Virus record (IMG/VR): IMGVR_UViG_3300027787_000005 | Location: 1 to 45,265 of that record | Source of the DNA: a virus | Taxonomy: Duplodnaviria; Caudoviricetes | Length of the DNA stretch: 45,265 nucleotides | Direction: 5' to 3' (one strand) | In this document: piece by piece, positions 23,921 through 33,564 of the stretch | Position numbering within the stretch: position 1 is the stretch's first letter | How the letters are laid out: the number at the start of each line of letters is the position of its first letter | Program-made: the position numbers and the translations under genes | Notes under the pieces: generated by a model | Told to the model about the DNA's origin: nothing | The model's database searches: none | Seen by the model: the letters and a program-made list of their open reading frames with translations, nothing else

Positions 23921-24183
23921 TCTTCACCGTCCTCCGAGGGAGAGGGCGAGGGCGACACCGACGAGGACGCAGACGATGACCGCCCACGACCACCATTGCT
24001 GGAACGCGTCGAGGGCCTCAGTTGCCGCACGTTGATGGCTCCGGTGATCCCGAGCAAGGCCATGCACGTCGTCAGCAACGCGACGTTGGTCTCCCGGGTG
24101 ACGATCTGATAGGTGATCCCGCCCAGGCCCACCACCACGCAGCCCGCGTCGCGGACGTAGCCGATCAGCTTCTCCGTGTTCAC
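23917..24183 (-). CDS. Lysis-cassette two-TM protein
   Basis: GTGA overlap with the endolysin; two hydrophobic segments and a Ser-rich tail. Confidence 0.6.
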   Translation of the reverse strand: MNTEKLIGYVRDAGCVVVGLGGITYQIVTRETNVALLTTCMALLGITGAINVRQLRPSTRSSNGGRGRSSSASSSVSPSPSPSEDGEE

Positions 24184-25118
24184 GCACCCGAGAACGCATT
24201 ACGGAAGGCCGTCGAGACGGCGGCGTTGACCTCTTCCTGACTGACCTGGTCGGCGCCGGCAGGAAGCGCGGCGATCACCTGAGTAGCCACCGCCGGGGCC
24301 AGCATGGCGACCAGGGCCTGCTCGTCGACGACGTCCTTCGCGACCAGCTGCAGCACGACGGTGCGGAGGCCGGCGACGGCCGTCTCCAGCGCTCGGGCGC
24401 GCGTGTCCGCGTTGGCCGCGTCAACGGCGCTGCGGTGCGCGTGGATCAGCGCCAGCTGCAGCAGGGTTGAAGCGGCCACCTTGTCGCCGGCCTTCTTGCC
24501 GATCTCGGCGGCGGTGTCGTCGGTGATCGTGATCAGGTCGTCGGCGAGCGCCACGTCTGCCTCCTGCGGGTTGAGTTCGTCACGGACCATGTCCAGGAAT
24601 TCGGACCACGGGAAGTTCGGCCCCGGGTCGGTGTGCGTGCCGTTGTCCTGCGGGAACGCGCGGGTGACATCGACGTGCCCGCAGAAGCCCTTCGCGCCGT
24701 CGGCGACCTGCGCGACGGACAGGTGCCGGACCGGGATGCCCCACTTCTTCGCGTCCCGCGCGGCCTGCTTCGCGGCGCGGGCCAGCATCGCCTGCGCGTA
24801 CGGCGACTGCCAGTCCAGGGAGCCCGCGCGGCCGCACAGTTCGTGCTGGATGCCGCGCCGGTTGCCTTGGGTGCGCGCGGCGTGCGCCTGATCCTCGGTG
24901 CGCACGCACTGCACGGTGCTGTCGTTGTCGTGGAAGTAGTGCGTGCTGGTGCCGTCCGTGCGGCGCTGATCGTATGCGGCGCCATCCTCGGCGCTCTCAC
25001 CGCGGCTACTGCCCTCGGTGGTGTGGATGACGATCAGCTGCACCGCGGTGCGGTTCGCGTTTGTCCAGGACTTTGACGGCATCCACCGCAGGTCCGGGTA
25101 CTCAGGTGACTGAGCCAC
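24180..25118 (-). CDS. Endolysin, N-acetylmuramoyl-L-alanine amidase (Amidase_2)
   Basis: IVIHTTEG, STHYF, AHAA, GIQHELCG, GHVDV, HTDPGPNFPW. Confidence 0.92.
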   Translation of the reverse strand: MAQSPEYPDLRWMPSKSWTNANRTAVQLIVIHTTEGSSRGESAEDGAAYDQRRTDGTSTHYFHDNDSTVQCVRTEDQAHAARTQGNRRGIQHELCGRAGSLDWQSPYAQAMLARAAKQAARDAKKWGIPVRHLSVAQVADGAKGFCGHVDVTRAFPQDNGTHTDPGPNFPWSEFLDMVRDELNPQEADVALADDLITITDDTAAEIGKKAGDKVAASTLLQLALIHAHRSAVDAANADTRARALETAVAGLRTVVLQLVAKDVVDEQALVAMLAPAVATQVIAALPAGADQVSQEEVNAAVSTAFRNAFSGA

Positions 25119-25121
25119 TCT

Positions 25122-25487
25122 TCAACCTCCGTTGTGGGCAGCGATCTTGGCTTGCAGGACCGACAGCGAATCGGCCTCGGTGGCGCCGTAGATGGCGAGG
25201 TCTTCCGGGGCGATCTGCGCGAGCACCCAGCCGGCCCAACCCGACCGGTCGCCGGCCGGCCCTGTGTCTATCGCGACGTTGAGCCGGGCCTGCCACCACG
25301 CGTCGGTGGCGGTGGTGGGCACGATGTCCTGCACGGCCTTCATGACCATGCCGATCAGCGCCAGCGTGGTCAGGTTGATGTTGTACAGCTCCCCGCTGGT
25401 CGACATCACATCCGTGCCGAGCTGATCGGAGATGGCATGCTGGCCTTTGAGCAGGGGCGGGACGAACTGGGACGACCAGGCGGCCAT
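25122..25487 (-). CDS. Hypothetical protein
   Basis: GGAGGG RBS; between the tail genes and the lysin. Confidence 0.65.
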   Translation of the reverse strand: MAAWSSQFVPPLLKGQHAISDQLGTDVMSTSGELYNINLTTLALIGMVMKAVQDIVPTTATDAWWQARLNVAIDTGPAGDRSGWAGWVLAQIAPEDLAIYGATEADSLSVLQAKIAAHNGG

Positions 25488-25497
25488 GCGTCCCTCC

Positions 25498-26040
25498 TCA
25501 GAGCGCGATGACGGTGATGGCGCGGTCGAAGAACGTCGCGGTTCCGCCGGACACCCGGTACTGCAGGGTGAAGGTGTTGGAGCCGCCGGTCAGGGTCTTG
25601 TAGAGGATGGCCGCGCTGCCCCGGAATTCGGCGTTGGAGCCGTACACCTGAAACTCCATCGAGTCGGTGTCGGCCGCCGCGATCGTCGAGGCACCGGACA
25701 CCGCCGGCGCGATCCAGGACTTCTGGCCGAGGGTGCCGTTCGAGACCGTCGCCGACGCGAAGACCAGCGCCCGCGTGCCGGTCGTAGCGGTCACTACAGG
25801 CCCGGCGCCGGCCACGAGGGATCCGTACGACGTCGAGGTGGTGGTCGAGGAGCTGGACGTCACGGTGGAGTCGATGACGCGCTCGGCGAGGGCGTTGGCG
25901 CCGGTGCTGACGAAGATCCGGCCAGCGGCGGTGGCCTTCGCCGGCGCGGTCTCCAGCAGGTTGTCCCGCACGCTGGCGTTCCACTGCGCCGCCGTGAGCG
26001 TCGCGTTCGACACCGCGGTCAGGGGCGTGGTCCAGGCCAC
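25498..26040 (-). CDS. Minor tail / fibre-like protein
   Basis: MAWTTPLTAVSNATLTAAQWNASVRDNL N-terminus; beta-rich, Ser/Thr-rich. Confidence 0.7.
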   Translation of the reverse strand: MAWTTPLTAVSNATLTAAQWNASVRDNLLETAPAKATAAGRIFVSTGANALAERVIDSTVTSSSSTTTSTSYGSLVAGAGPVVTATTGTRALVFASATVSNGTLGQKSWIAPAVSGASTIAAADTDSMEFQVYGSNAEFRGSAAILYKTLTGGSNTFTLQYRVSGGTATFFDRAITVIAL

Positions 26041-26041
26041 G

Positions 26042-26485
26042 TCAGACTCCCTTCAGGGCGGCGACCGCCTCGTTAGCTGTGATCCCGGCGTCCTTGAGCT
26101 CCGCGAGCAGGGCGGCACGCCGGTCGGCGATGGCCGCGGCGTCACGCGCCTCGCCGACTTCGGCCTCGCGGCGGAGATCGCGCACCGACTGGCCGTGCGG
26201 CTGGCCGGTTAGGACGGCGAGCGGGTGGCCCTTGGGGAACCAGTTCTTGCGCTTCTCGCTGGCCCTCTCCGACAGCGCGGACACGATCTGCGCCTCGGTG
26301 GTCGGGGCTGGCAGTTCCACCATGAATGGGTGACCGCTGGTGCAGACGTGGTCAATCACGGGACCCATGCCCGTCGGTTCGCCGGCGGCGTTGGTCGGAT
26401 AGATCGCGCGAGCATCAGTGCAGCCGTCAACGGGACAGTCGGCCACCCAGCGGCCCCAGTTCACGTAGGCGAGCGCCTTCAACAT
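26042..26485 (-). CDS. Hypothetical tail-region protein with Cys/His motif
   Basis: AYVNWGRWVADCP..GC...C..GH. Confidence 0.65.
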   Translation of the reverse strand: MLKALAYVNWGRWVADCPVDGCTDARAIYPTNAAGEPTGMGPVIDHVCTSGHPFMVELPAPTTEAQIVSALSERASEKRKNWFPKGHPLAVLTGQPHGQSVRDLRREAEVGEARDAAAIADRRAALLAELKDAGITANEAVAALKGV

Positions 26486-26501
26486 CAGCTATCTCCTGGG
26501 G

Positions 26502-28043
26502 TTAGTTGGCGAAGACGCCGTCGTTGAAACCGCGGCCCGCAGTGTCGAAGCGGAACATCGTGCTGGGGTTGTCGAGGCCGCCGCCGCCGAACGTGCCGTC
26601 GTTGAAACCGCGGCCGGCGACGTCGAACGTCAGCGCGGTGGTGACCACCGGCGGGATCTTCTCCACGCCGAACGTGGTCACGTGCTCCAGGCCGCCGTTG
26701 CCGACCGAGTGCTGGATCTGTTCGATGAAGCAGTCGGCGTCGAGGCCGGTGTGCGCCTCGACCACGTGGACCCGGTCCGACAGGTTGCGGGTGAGGCACT
26801 CGGTGAGCCGGGTCGCGTTGCCGGCGCCGCGCATCGTCACCGAGATGGTCGGCAGCCGCTCCGCGCGCTGCGCCACGGTCAGGTCGAGGATGGCCTGCGC
26901 GTCGTAGATGTTCGCCCACGCCGGCAGCCGGGAGTCGGGCATGGACTTCGGGCCGTAGCGGTCCACGCTCTGCTGGTCGACGGATGACACCACCACGCTG
27001 GTCGACGTGATGGCGTAGGCGCGCAGCTGCAGATCCTGGATGACCACGTCACCGGTGGCCGTGATCGTGATGCCGGTCGACTGGCCCGAGGTCCGCGTCA
27101 AGGAGATCGCCGGCGTACCGGAAAGCAGCGTGTAGTCCAGGTCCTGCACCGGCGTGAGCGCGCCCAGGAACGGGCCGGACGCGCGGGCGGTGATAGTCAG
27201 CGTGGTGCCGGACGGGACGACGGTCTGCCCCTCGGTGCTCCAGACCGCCGACAGATCCCCCTCGATCCGGCGCTGCGGCACCTCGACGGAGACCGAGTTG
27301 ATGATCTCTTGCCACCCGTGGTTGTAGGCGGTCGGCGACGAGATGCACGGCTCGGTACCCGACGATCGCCAGGTCGCCTGCACGGTCAGCGACGGTGCGC
27401 GGGTGAGCCGGTGGTGCCGGTCGCGGAAGACGATCCGGCCCTGGCTGTCGCAGGTGATCAGCGCTGCCGGGCCTTCGCTGTCGGCCAGCGCCATCAGGGC
27501 GGTGAAGGCGTCCACGTCGTCGAGCCACCAGTACGGCAGGAACGAGGCGCCGGAGTCGAGGTCGCGGTCCGCGGTCGGCCAGTCGACGGCGTCGAGCAAG
27601 TAGCCGATCGCGTCGCCGGTGCGCAGGCCCTGGTAGAGCGGGGTGGTGACCGAGACGCCCTTGAACCGGCCGAGGGCGTCGATGCAGGTCATCGGCACGC
27701 TGCGGTCGTTGATCTCCGGCTTGACGTCGAAGTCGTCGGTGTAGCCGGCGTACAGGGTGGTGATGGTGGAGCCGTTCGTTGCCTCCAGCCGCACCTTGCG
27801 GCTGGGCTGGACGAAGCCGGCCAGCGGCGACGACGTGTTGTCGGGGCTGTAGTCCCGCGAGCGGTTGTCCAGCTCGAAGTTCAGCTCGCCGGGCGCGGTC
27901 GGTGACAGCTGGCGGGACTGGTCGCGGCCGTAGCGCACGTTCAGCGGCGTGCGCTGGTCGAGGGTGCGGGCGGTGACGTCGTCGGCCGAGCCGGCGAATC
28001 CGTTGTTGAGCCAGTCGACAAGCAGCCGGTAGCTGGCGGCCAT
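26502..28043 (-). CDS. Minor tail (hub/baseplate) protein
   Basis: Follows the tape measure; GR...LDNRSRDYSP N-terminus; duplicated C-terminal FDxAGRGFNDGxF motif. Confidence 0.8.
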   Translation of the reverse strand: MAASYRLLVDWLNNGFAGSADDVTARTLDQRTPLNVRYGRDQSRQLSPTAPGELNFELDNRSRDYSPDNTSSPLAGFVQPSRKVRLEATNGSTITTLYAGYTDDFDVKPEINDRSVPMTCIDALGRFKGVSVTTPLYQGLRTGDAIGYLLDAVDWPTADRDLDSGASFLPYWWLDDVDAFTALMALADSEGPAALITCDSQGRIVFRDRHHRLTRAPSLTVQATWRSSGTEPCISSPTAYNHGWQEIINSVSVEVPQRRIEGDLSAVWSTEGQTVVPSGTTLTITARASGPFLGALTPVQDLDYTLLSGTPAISLTRTSGQSTGITITATGDVVIQDLQLRAYAITSTSVVVSSVDQQSVDRYGPKSMPDSRLPAWANIYDAQAILDLTVAQRAERLPTISVTMRGAGNATRLTECLTRNLSDRVHVVEAHTGLDADCFIEQIQHSVGNGGLEHVTTFGVEKIPPVVTTALTFDVAGRGFNDGTFGGGGLDNPSTMFRFDTAGRGFNDGVFAN

Positions 28044-31000
28044 CAGGCCCTCGCCTTGCGCTTGAGTCGGTCGAAGCTCGCCGAGAGCCAGCTGTCCAGC
28101 TCATACTGGCTCCCGATCGGCCCACCGAGGGTCGCGTTCAGCACGTACGTGTTGCCGCCACCTCCACCGCCGCCGGCCGTCTGCCAGTTCGGGGTGACCC
28201 GCTCAGGCTTGTAGCCCTCGCCGAAGGAGTAGGTGCGCCCGGACGCCCCGACGCCGTAGACCGGCTCCTGGATGGTGCCGCCGTTCTCCATGGCGATGTG
28301 GATGTGGTTGCGGTGTGCGTTCATCAGCGACTCGTTGAACGAGCCCTTGTTCCGACCACGGGTGTACGCGTAGTCGCGGTGCTTCGTGCGGTGGATCAGC
28401 TCCAGCGGGCCCTTCGCCGCGAGGAAGCTGGCCAGGGCGTCCTGGTTGTAGCCCATCCAGTCGACGGCCCGGCCGGAGCCGTGCCAGAGTGGGTCACCGG
28501 GGCGGTAGGCGTTGCCGAAGCTGCCGGAGTGCGGTCCGGACTTGATCAGCTTGATGACGTCGCGCCAGACGCCGGAGTCGCCGCGCTGCGCCGACGGCGA
28601 CGACGGCCAGTCCTTCGAGAACGTCGGACCGACCACCGCGGCGACCTCGGCGGCCGTGGGGACTTTCGTCCCGGCAGCGCTCACAGGAAACGGCCAACCG
28701 ACCCGGCCGCCGCCCCGGTAGCCGGGAAGCTGGCCGGTGGCGAGAACCTCGTCGATGAAGCCGGGCGCCTGTCGGTCGATCGCCCGAGTGGTCTTGGCGC
28801 TGAGGACGGTTTCCTTGCCGTGCACGACGCCGACGGGCTCGTGCTCGCCGACGTTCGGGGTCCGGCCGCCGTCGTGGAACTTGAGGAAGTCTGCGTTGTC
28901 CTTGGACAGGCTCTTGCGGATGCTGGCGACGTTGCCGCTTCCCTGCTTGAGTGCCTTCTGGTAGGCCGCTAGGCTGAGCAGCTTGTTCATGACGGCCTTG
29001 TCGCCGGTGACCGAGACCTTGGTGTCGACCCTGCCGGGGATCTCGTCGTACTTGTCGACGAGTCGGCCGACGGCCTTGCTCTGGAAGTCGGTCTGGATCA
29101 GGTTCTTCTTGAGCGTTCCGATTTGCTTCCGGTACAGCTCGTCAGCCTTATCCACCGACATGCCGTTGTTGATGTTGGCTTCGCGCTGCTCCTTGATTGC
29201 CTTGATCAATGCGAGGACGGCAGAGCGGTTCTCCTGTCCGGCCACGGTATTGACCCGCAGGTCCTTCGACCCGTCCTTCAGTACCGCGTTGGTCGAGGCC
29301 AGCTGCTTCTCGTACGCCATGGCCGCCTCGTCGGCAGACATGTAGCGGTTGAACAGGTCATCGAACGCCTTGGAGAGTGCCTTGGCCTCCTCCTCCTGCT
29401 TCTGCATCTGCTCCGACGTCTTGCCGGTCTGCGCAGCCAGTTCCCCCTGAGCCCCGGCGGCACCGTGGGCCGTCTTCTGCAGCTGCTGCAGGCCCGCCCA
29501 TGCCCCCGGCAGCAGTTCGGCCAGCTGCTGGGTGTCCAGGCCGGACTTGGTGAGGATCTCGTTCCACAACTCGCCGGCCTTCTTCGCGTCCTTCTGCGTC
29601 GCGATGAACGCGGTGAACGACTCGTCGAGGGCTTTCATCCGGTCCGTGGCGTCGTTGAAGCTGGTGCCGTTCATGGACTCGTTCATCGAGTCGACGACCG
29701 AGGAGACGCCCGGCACGGTGCTGACCAGGTCGTTCAGGCCGCCCCAGAAACCGTGCGTGGCGGCCTCCGCCGTCTGTGCGACCGTGGCCAGCTCGTCGAG
29801 GTTCTTGCCGAACTCGTCCGTGACGCCCTGGGTCAGCTTGCCGGTGGTGGCGTAGTCCTGGAGGGCGGCGGTGAGCTTGTCGACGTTGACCGCCGAGTTG
29901 CCGAGCTTGTCGAACACGGCGCCGGCGACCTCAAGACCGACGAACGCCAGGCCGGCGATCCCGGCCGCCTTGCTTGCCGCCTGAAGTCCGGTCGCCGCCC
30001 GTGCGCCGGCCGGCCCGACGGCGTTGAGCTCGGCCACGGTCGCAGCGATCGACGCGCGCACCTTGACCCAGGCGGCGCCGCCCAGCAGCACGGCGGCAGT
30101 CAGACCACCCATGACCACGACGGTCGCGCCGATGCCTGAAGGCAGCCGGGAGAACTGATCGACCATCGCCTCAAGGGACTTCGTGATGGCGCGCAGGCCA
30201 GTCTGGGCGCCGCCGCCTGACTCGATCATCAGAGTCTCGAGCGAGCCCTTAAGCCGCTCGAGGTCACCGGCGAGGTTGTCTGTCTTGATCGCGGCGGTCT
30301 CGGCGGCGTAGCCGGCATCGTTGGTCTTGGTGATCCAGCCCTGAATGCCGTCCTGGCCCTGCTCGTACAGGATGTTCGCCGCCCGGGTCGCGTCGCTGCC
30401 GAAGATCTGCGCCATAGCGTTGTTACGCAATTCGGGCGTGAGCTTGCTCAGCTGCGTCTTGAGTTGGCCGGCCAGCGCGGTGATGCCGATGAAGTTGCCC
30501 TGGACGTCGTAGGCCGAGATGCCCAGCTCGTCCATCAGCTCCTTCGTCTTACCCGACGGAGCCTGCAGCGCCTGCAGCATCGTCTTGAACGACGTGCCCG
30601 CGTCGGAGCCGATCAGGCCGGCCGAGGCGAACGCGGCCAGGGTGCCGGTGGTGTCCTCGATGCTCAGCCCGGTGCTGGCGGCGATCAGACCCGCCTGGTT
30701 CAGGGCGGCACTCATGTCGTGGACCGAGCCCTGCGCCTTGCCGGCGGCGGCTGACAGCAGGTCGGCGACGTGCGGAACGTCCTGACCCTTGAGTTTGAAC
30801 TGGGTCAGCGCGCTGGCCGCGGTCTCGGCGGCCTCGCCGACGTCCAGCTGGCCGGCCGCGGCGAGGTCTAGAGCGCCCTTCAGGCCGCCGCCGAGGATGT
30901 CGGCGGTGGAGACGCCAGCCTTGGATAGTTCCTCGATGCCCTTGGCGGCCTCGGTCGCCGAGAACTGGGTGTCCTTGCCGGCCTTCAGTGCGGCCTGGCG

Positions 31001-31279
31001 CATCTTGTCCATCTCGCCCGCGCTGGCGTGCGTGGCTGCCCGGACGCTGCTCATCTGCTTGTCGAAGTCGGCGGCGGCCTTCACGGCCAGGCCGATGCCG
31101 GCGCCAACGGCCAGGCCAGCGAGTCCAGCCCGGTCGGCGATGGCGTCGAGCTTGCCGGCGGCTGCCTTCTGCCCGAGGCCCTCCGAGAACGACTTGGTGC
31201 TCTCGCTGGCCCGCTTCATGTTGGCGGTGTAGTTGCTGATGTCGGCGACGAGCTTCACGCCCACGGTGCGCAGCGCCAC
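28043..31279 (-). CDS. Tape measure protein (1078 aa)
   Basis: AADFDKQMSSV, TQFSATEAAKGIEELSKAG, GSDAGTSFKTML; follows the chaperone genes. Confidence 0.92.
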   Translation of the reverse strand: MALRTVGVKLVADISNYTANMKRASESTKSFSEGLGQKAAAGKLDAIADRAGLAGLAVGAGIGLAVKAAADFDKQMSSVRAATHASAGEMDKMRQAALKAGKDTQFSATEAAKGIEELSKAGVSTADILGGGLKGALDLAAAGQLDVGEAAETAASALTQFKLKGQDVPHVADLLSAAAGKAQGSVHDMSAALNQAGLIAASTGLSIEDTTGTLAAFASAGLIGSDAGTSFKTMLQALQAPSGKTKELMDELGISAYDVQGNFIGITALAGQLKTQLSKLTPELRNNAMAQIFGSDATRAANILYEQGQDGIQGWITKTNDAGYAAETAAIKTDNLAGDLERLKGSLETLMIESGGGAQTGLRAITKSLEAMVDQFSRLPSGIGATVVVMGGLTAAVLLGGAAWVKVRASIAATVAELNAVGPAGARAATGLQAASKAAGIAGLAFVGLEVAGAVFDKLGNSAVNVDKLTAALQDYATTGKLTQGVTDEFGKNLDELATVAQTAEAATHGFWGGLNDLVSTVPGVSSVVDSMNESMNGTSFNDATDRMKALDESFTAFIATQKDAKKAGELWNEILTKSGLDTQQLAELLPGAWAGLQQLQKTAHGAAGAQGELAAQTGKTSEQMQKQEEEAKALSKAFDDLFNRYMSADEAAMAYEKQLASTNAVLKDGSKDLRVNTVAGQENRSAVLALIKAIKEQREANINNGMSVDKADELYRKQIGTLKKNLIQTDFQSKAVGRLVDKYDEIPGRVDTKVSVTGDKAVMNKLLSLAAYQKALKQGSGNVASIRKSLSKDNADFLKFHDGGRTPNVGEHEPVGVVHGKETVLSAKTTRAIDRQAPGFIDEVLATGQLPGYRGGGRVGWPFPVSAAGTKVPTAAEVAAVVGPTFSKDWPSSPSAQRGDSGVWRDVIKLIKSGPHSGSFGNAYRPGDPLWHGSGRAVDWMGYNQDALASFLAAKGPLELIHRTKHRDYAYTRGRNKGSFNESLMNAHRNHIHIAMENGGTIQEPVYGVGASGRTYSFGEGYKPERVTPNWQTAGGGGGGGNTYVLNATLGGPIGSQYELDSWLSASFDRLKRKARA

Positions 31280-31283
31280 GGCG

Positions 31284-31709
31284 TCACCTCTTCCGGATCG
31301 TCGTGCCCCAGAGGTGGGCCGGACGGTTGGGGTGTTCCTTCTCGCCGTACGTGCCGCGCTGCTTTTCGAGCAGCTCGCGGGTGGCGTTGCAGACCTGCCA
31401 GACCACGTCGTACTGCGCGGTCTTCGGGTCCGCCTCGTCAGCGGTGCACACGGCGAGTGGTCGCCCACACTTCGGGCAGAGGCTGTCTCGGTAGCGGCCG
31501 AGAGCGATGACTTCGGCCCGGTCCTGTTCGGTCCAGCGCGGTTCGCGGGTCGTCACGGATCGGATGAGGCGGTCGCCGGCGTATTCGTACTCGGTGACCT
31601 CTGCCGGCTCGCGGCCGTCAAGCTGCGACGGCGGGATGCCGAGGCGCTCGGCGGCCTCTACTCGCTCTCGGAGCTCTCCGTCTGCTTCGATTCGTCTGAC
31701 CAGAAAGGG
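31284..31709 (-). CDS. Tail assembly chaperone frameshift extension (GT-like)
   Basis: No credible start of its own; in the -1 frame of the chaperone after CCCTTTC. Confidence 0.75.
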   Translation of the reverse strand, partial: PFLVRRIEADGELRERVEAAERLGIPPSQLDGREPAEVTEYEYAGDRLIRSVTTREPRWTEQDRAEVIALGRYRDSLCPKCGRPLAVCTADEADPKTAQYDVVWQVCNATRELLEKQRGTYGEKEHPNRPAHLWGTTIRKR

Positions 31710-32239
31710 ATGTCGGTCCCACCTCGATTGACGAACCAGCAGGCCCCGGCCAGCTCCTCGAACTGCTGCTCGTTGAGCTTGTCCATGAGGTCGTCGAAGC
31801 CGTCGTCGTCCAGTTCCGGGTCGACGAGGCACAGACGGACCAGAGGCTCGAAGCCCGTCTCGCCGTTGAAGCCGAAGACGTTGTCGCGCTCGTGCAGCTT
31901 CCCGTCCTCGTCGATCCGAATCGGATGCTCGGCCTTGAACGCCCGGTACTGACGCGGCGGCAGGGACCGCAGCCGGAACGGGTAGACGTAGGCCTGCATC
32001 TCAGCTTCGAGATGCCGGATCCGCTCGACGAGGTCCTCCGTGCCGTCACCCGCGAGGCTGTCGCCGGCGTTCTTCCGGAGTCGCTCGACCTCGCGGACGG
32101 CGGCAAGGTGGTCGCCGACGAGGTCGCCACGAAGGCAGATCGGCACCTCGCGCTCCTGCTGCCGGGCGCCCGCGATGAGCTTGGCGAAGTCGGGCTTCGA
32201 GACTGCGACGACGGCAGCCTTCTTCGGTCGTGCTGGCAT
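31658..32239 (-). CDS. Tail assembly chaperone (G-like)
   Basis: Between the tail tube and tape measure; AGGAG RBS; slippery C CCT TTC near its end. Confidence 0.8.
   Translation of the reverse strand: MPARPKKAAVVAVSKPDFAKLIAGARQQEREVPICLRGDLVGDHLAAVREVERLRKNAGDSLAGDGTEDLVERIRHLEAEMQAYVYPFRLRSLPPRQYRAFKAEHPIRIDEDGKLHERDNVFGFNGETGFEPLVRLCLVDPELDDDGFDDLMDKLNEQQFEELAGACWFVNRGGTDIPFWSDESKQTESSESE
31703..31709 (-). other. -1 ribosomal frameshift heptamer C-CCU-UUC
   Basis: X XXY YYZ pattern joins the ...DIPF frame to the LVRRIEADG... frame. Confidence 0.8.
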
Positions 32240-32305
32240 TGCTCTCCTACCCGAACCTCCCGAACGAAGCGCCCGGCCGCCGGTTCGGGACGGCGGCCGG
32301 GCACG

Positions 32306-32325
32306 AAAAAACCGCCCGGAGGCGG
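32306..32325 (-). terminator. Intrinsic terminator after the major tail gene
   Basis: CCGCC-TCCG-GGCGG-TTTTTT; a second perfect 12-bp hairpin follows at 32271-32302. Confidence 0.75.
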
Positions 32326-32345
32326 CGGATGTGGTGACGGAAGAA

Positions 32346-32840
32346 TCAGGCGACGGCGGCGCGGAGCGACGGGCCCGTGCCCGCGGTGCCTGCGGTGATC
32401 TTGATCGGGATCTCGTACCGCTCGACGGTGTTCGGCTCGAAGTCCACGCGGGCGACCTCGCCGCACTTCGCCGGGTACACCTCGACACCCTGCGCCGTGG
32501 TCCACGCAGTGGCCTGTGCCACCGACCGGCGCACGACCAGGAAGCCGGCGGTGTCCTTCACCAGCGTCGTGAAGATCGTGTCGGTGCCGGACTGCTTCTT
32601 GATCCGCAGCTTCGTTCCCGAGAACGACACCCGGCCGTTGTCGACCGAGTTGAATGTCGACGCCAGCGACGAGGTGTCGACGTCGGCGGTCTCCGGCTGC
32701 AGGCCCATCAGACCGTCGGCGGTCATCGTCGAGGTGAGGTCGATGCCCGCGTTCAGCTCGGTCGTTGTGGGCGCGTTCTGGTTCGAGATGGACGTGACCC
32801 AGTAGACCCTGATCTTGCCATCGCCAGCGATGTCCGGCAT
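32346..32840 (-). CDS. Major tail tube protein
   Basis: DGKIRVYWVTSISNQNAPTTTELNAGIDLT...VEVYPAKCG; synteny. Confidence 0.85.
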   Translation of the reverse strand: MPDIAGDGKIRVYWVTSISNQNAPTTTELNAGIDLTSTMTADGLMGLQPETADVDTSSLASTFNSVDNGRVSFSGTKLRIKKQSGTDTIFTTLVKDTAGFLVVRRSVAQATAWTTAQGVEVYPAKCGEVARVDFEPNTVERYEIPIKITAGTAGTGPSLRAAVA

Positions 32841-32843
32841 GAC

Positions 32844-33155
32844 CTACTCCTTCTTGTCGCCGGCGGCGCCGGACTTCGGGGAACTCTTGGGCGCCGGCTC
32901 GTCGGCCGGCTCGTCGTATCCGTCCGGGCCGGACGGAGCCCAGCCGAGGCCCTCGTGCAGGACGGCGGCCTCGTGGTTCAGGACGCCCTTACCGCCGTGG
33001 ACCTCATGCCGGACCCATTGGAACTCGAGGCCGGTCGGCTCGGTCGTCTCCGACCAGCCGTGGACGCGGGTCCACTGGTCGCGCGCCTCGGTGCCCTCGA
33101 CCTTGGCCTTGACGCCCTCGGTGTCGGCGATCCAGAACGTCTTCTTGTCACTCAT
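32844..33155 (-). CDS. Hypothetical virion-region protein
   Basis: ORF with RBS. Confidence 0.6.
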   Translation of the reverse strand: MSDKKTFWIADTEGVKAKVEGTEARDQWTRVHGWSETTEPTGLEFQWVRHEVHGGKGVLNHEAAVLHEGLGWAPSGPDGYDEPADEPAPKSSPKSGAAGDKKE

Positions 33156-33165
33156 CTCGCGCCCC

Positions 33166-33498
33166 TCAGGCCGTGTAGATCTCGTACGTCACGCCGGTGA
33201 GGGCGCCGGAGAATGTCACCGTCGCGACGCCGGTGGAGTCGGCCGCCGTCCTCGGGACGAGGATCATCCGCACGCCTGTGGCCGGTGCGGCGACGGGCGT
33301 GACAGTGCCGGGGTTGCTCGACGCCGTGAAGCCGGCGTCGAGGGTCGCCACGTTCGTTGCGGTGCCGGTCGTGATGACCCGCAGGAAGAGCCCATTCGGC
33401 CCCATGAGCGAAGCCGGGAATGTGTCGGAGGCGGTTGGGGTGATCGCGCTGGGAGTTGTCCCGGTCGTGACGACCGACTGCGGTGTCCGGAGCGTCAT
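33166..33498 (-). CDS. Hypothetical beta-rich virion protein
   Basis: Thr-rich beta pattern; AAGGGGG RBS. Confidence 0.65.
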   Translation of the reverse strand: MTLRTPQSVVTTGTTPSAITPTASDTFPASLMGPNGLFLRVITTGTATNVATLDAGFTASSNPGTVTPVAAPATGVRMILVPRTAADSTGVATVTFSGALTGVTYEIYTA

Positions 33499-33564
33499 CC
33501 GGCACACCCCCTTCTGAATCGTTGGGCGTGGTGAAGCCGCCGGTCGTCCGGCAGACAGATCAGG

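Noticed and set aside
23924-24199. Overlapping alternative-frame ORF with a TM-like end (WWSWAVIVCVLVGV)
   Set aside because: Probably a frame shadow of the Ser-rich tail of 23917-24183, which has the proper start/stop overlaps; it cannot be fully excluded.
26517-26616. 21-bp direct repeat GCCGTCGTTGAAACCGCGGCC
   Set aside because: It encodes the duplicated GRGFNDG protein motif of the tail protein; no reverse transcriptase or template/variable repeat pattern indicating a DGR.
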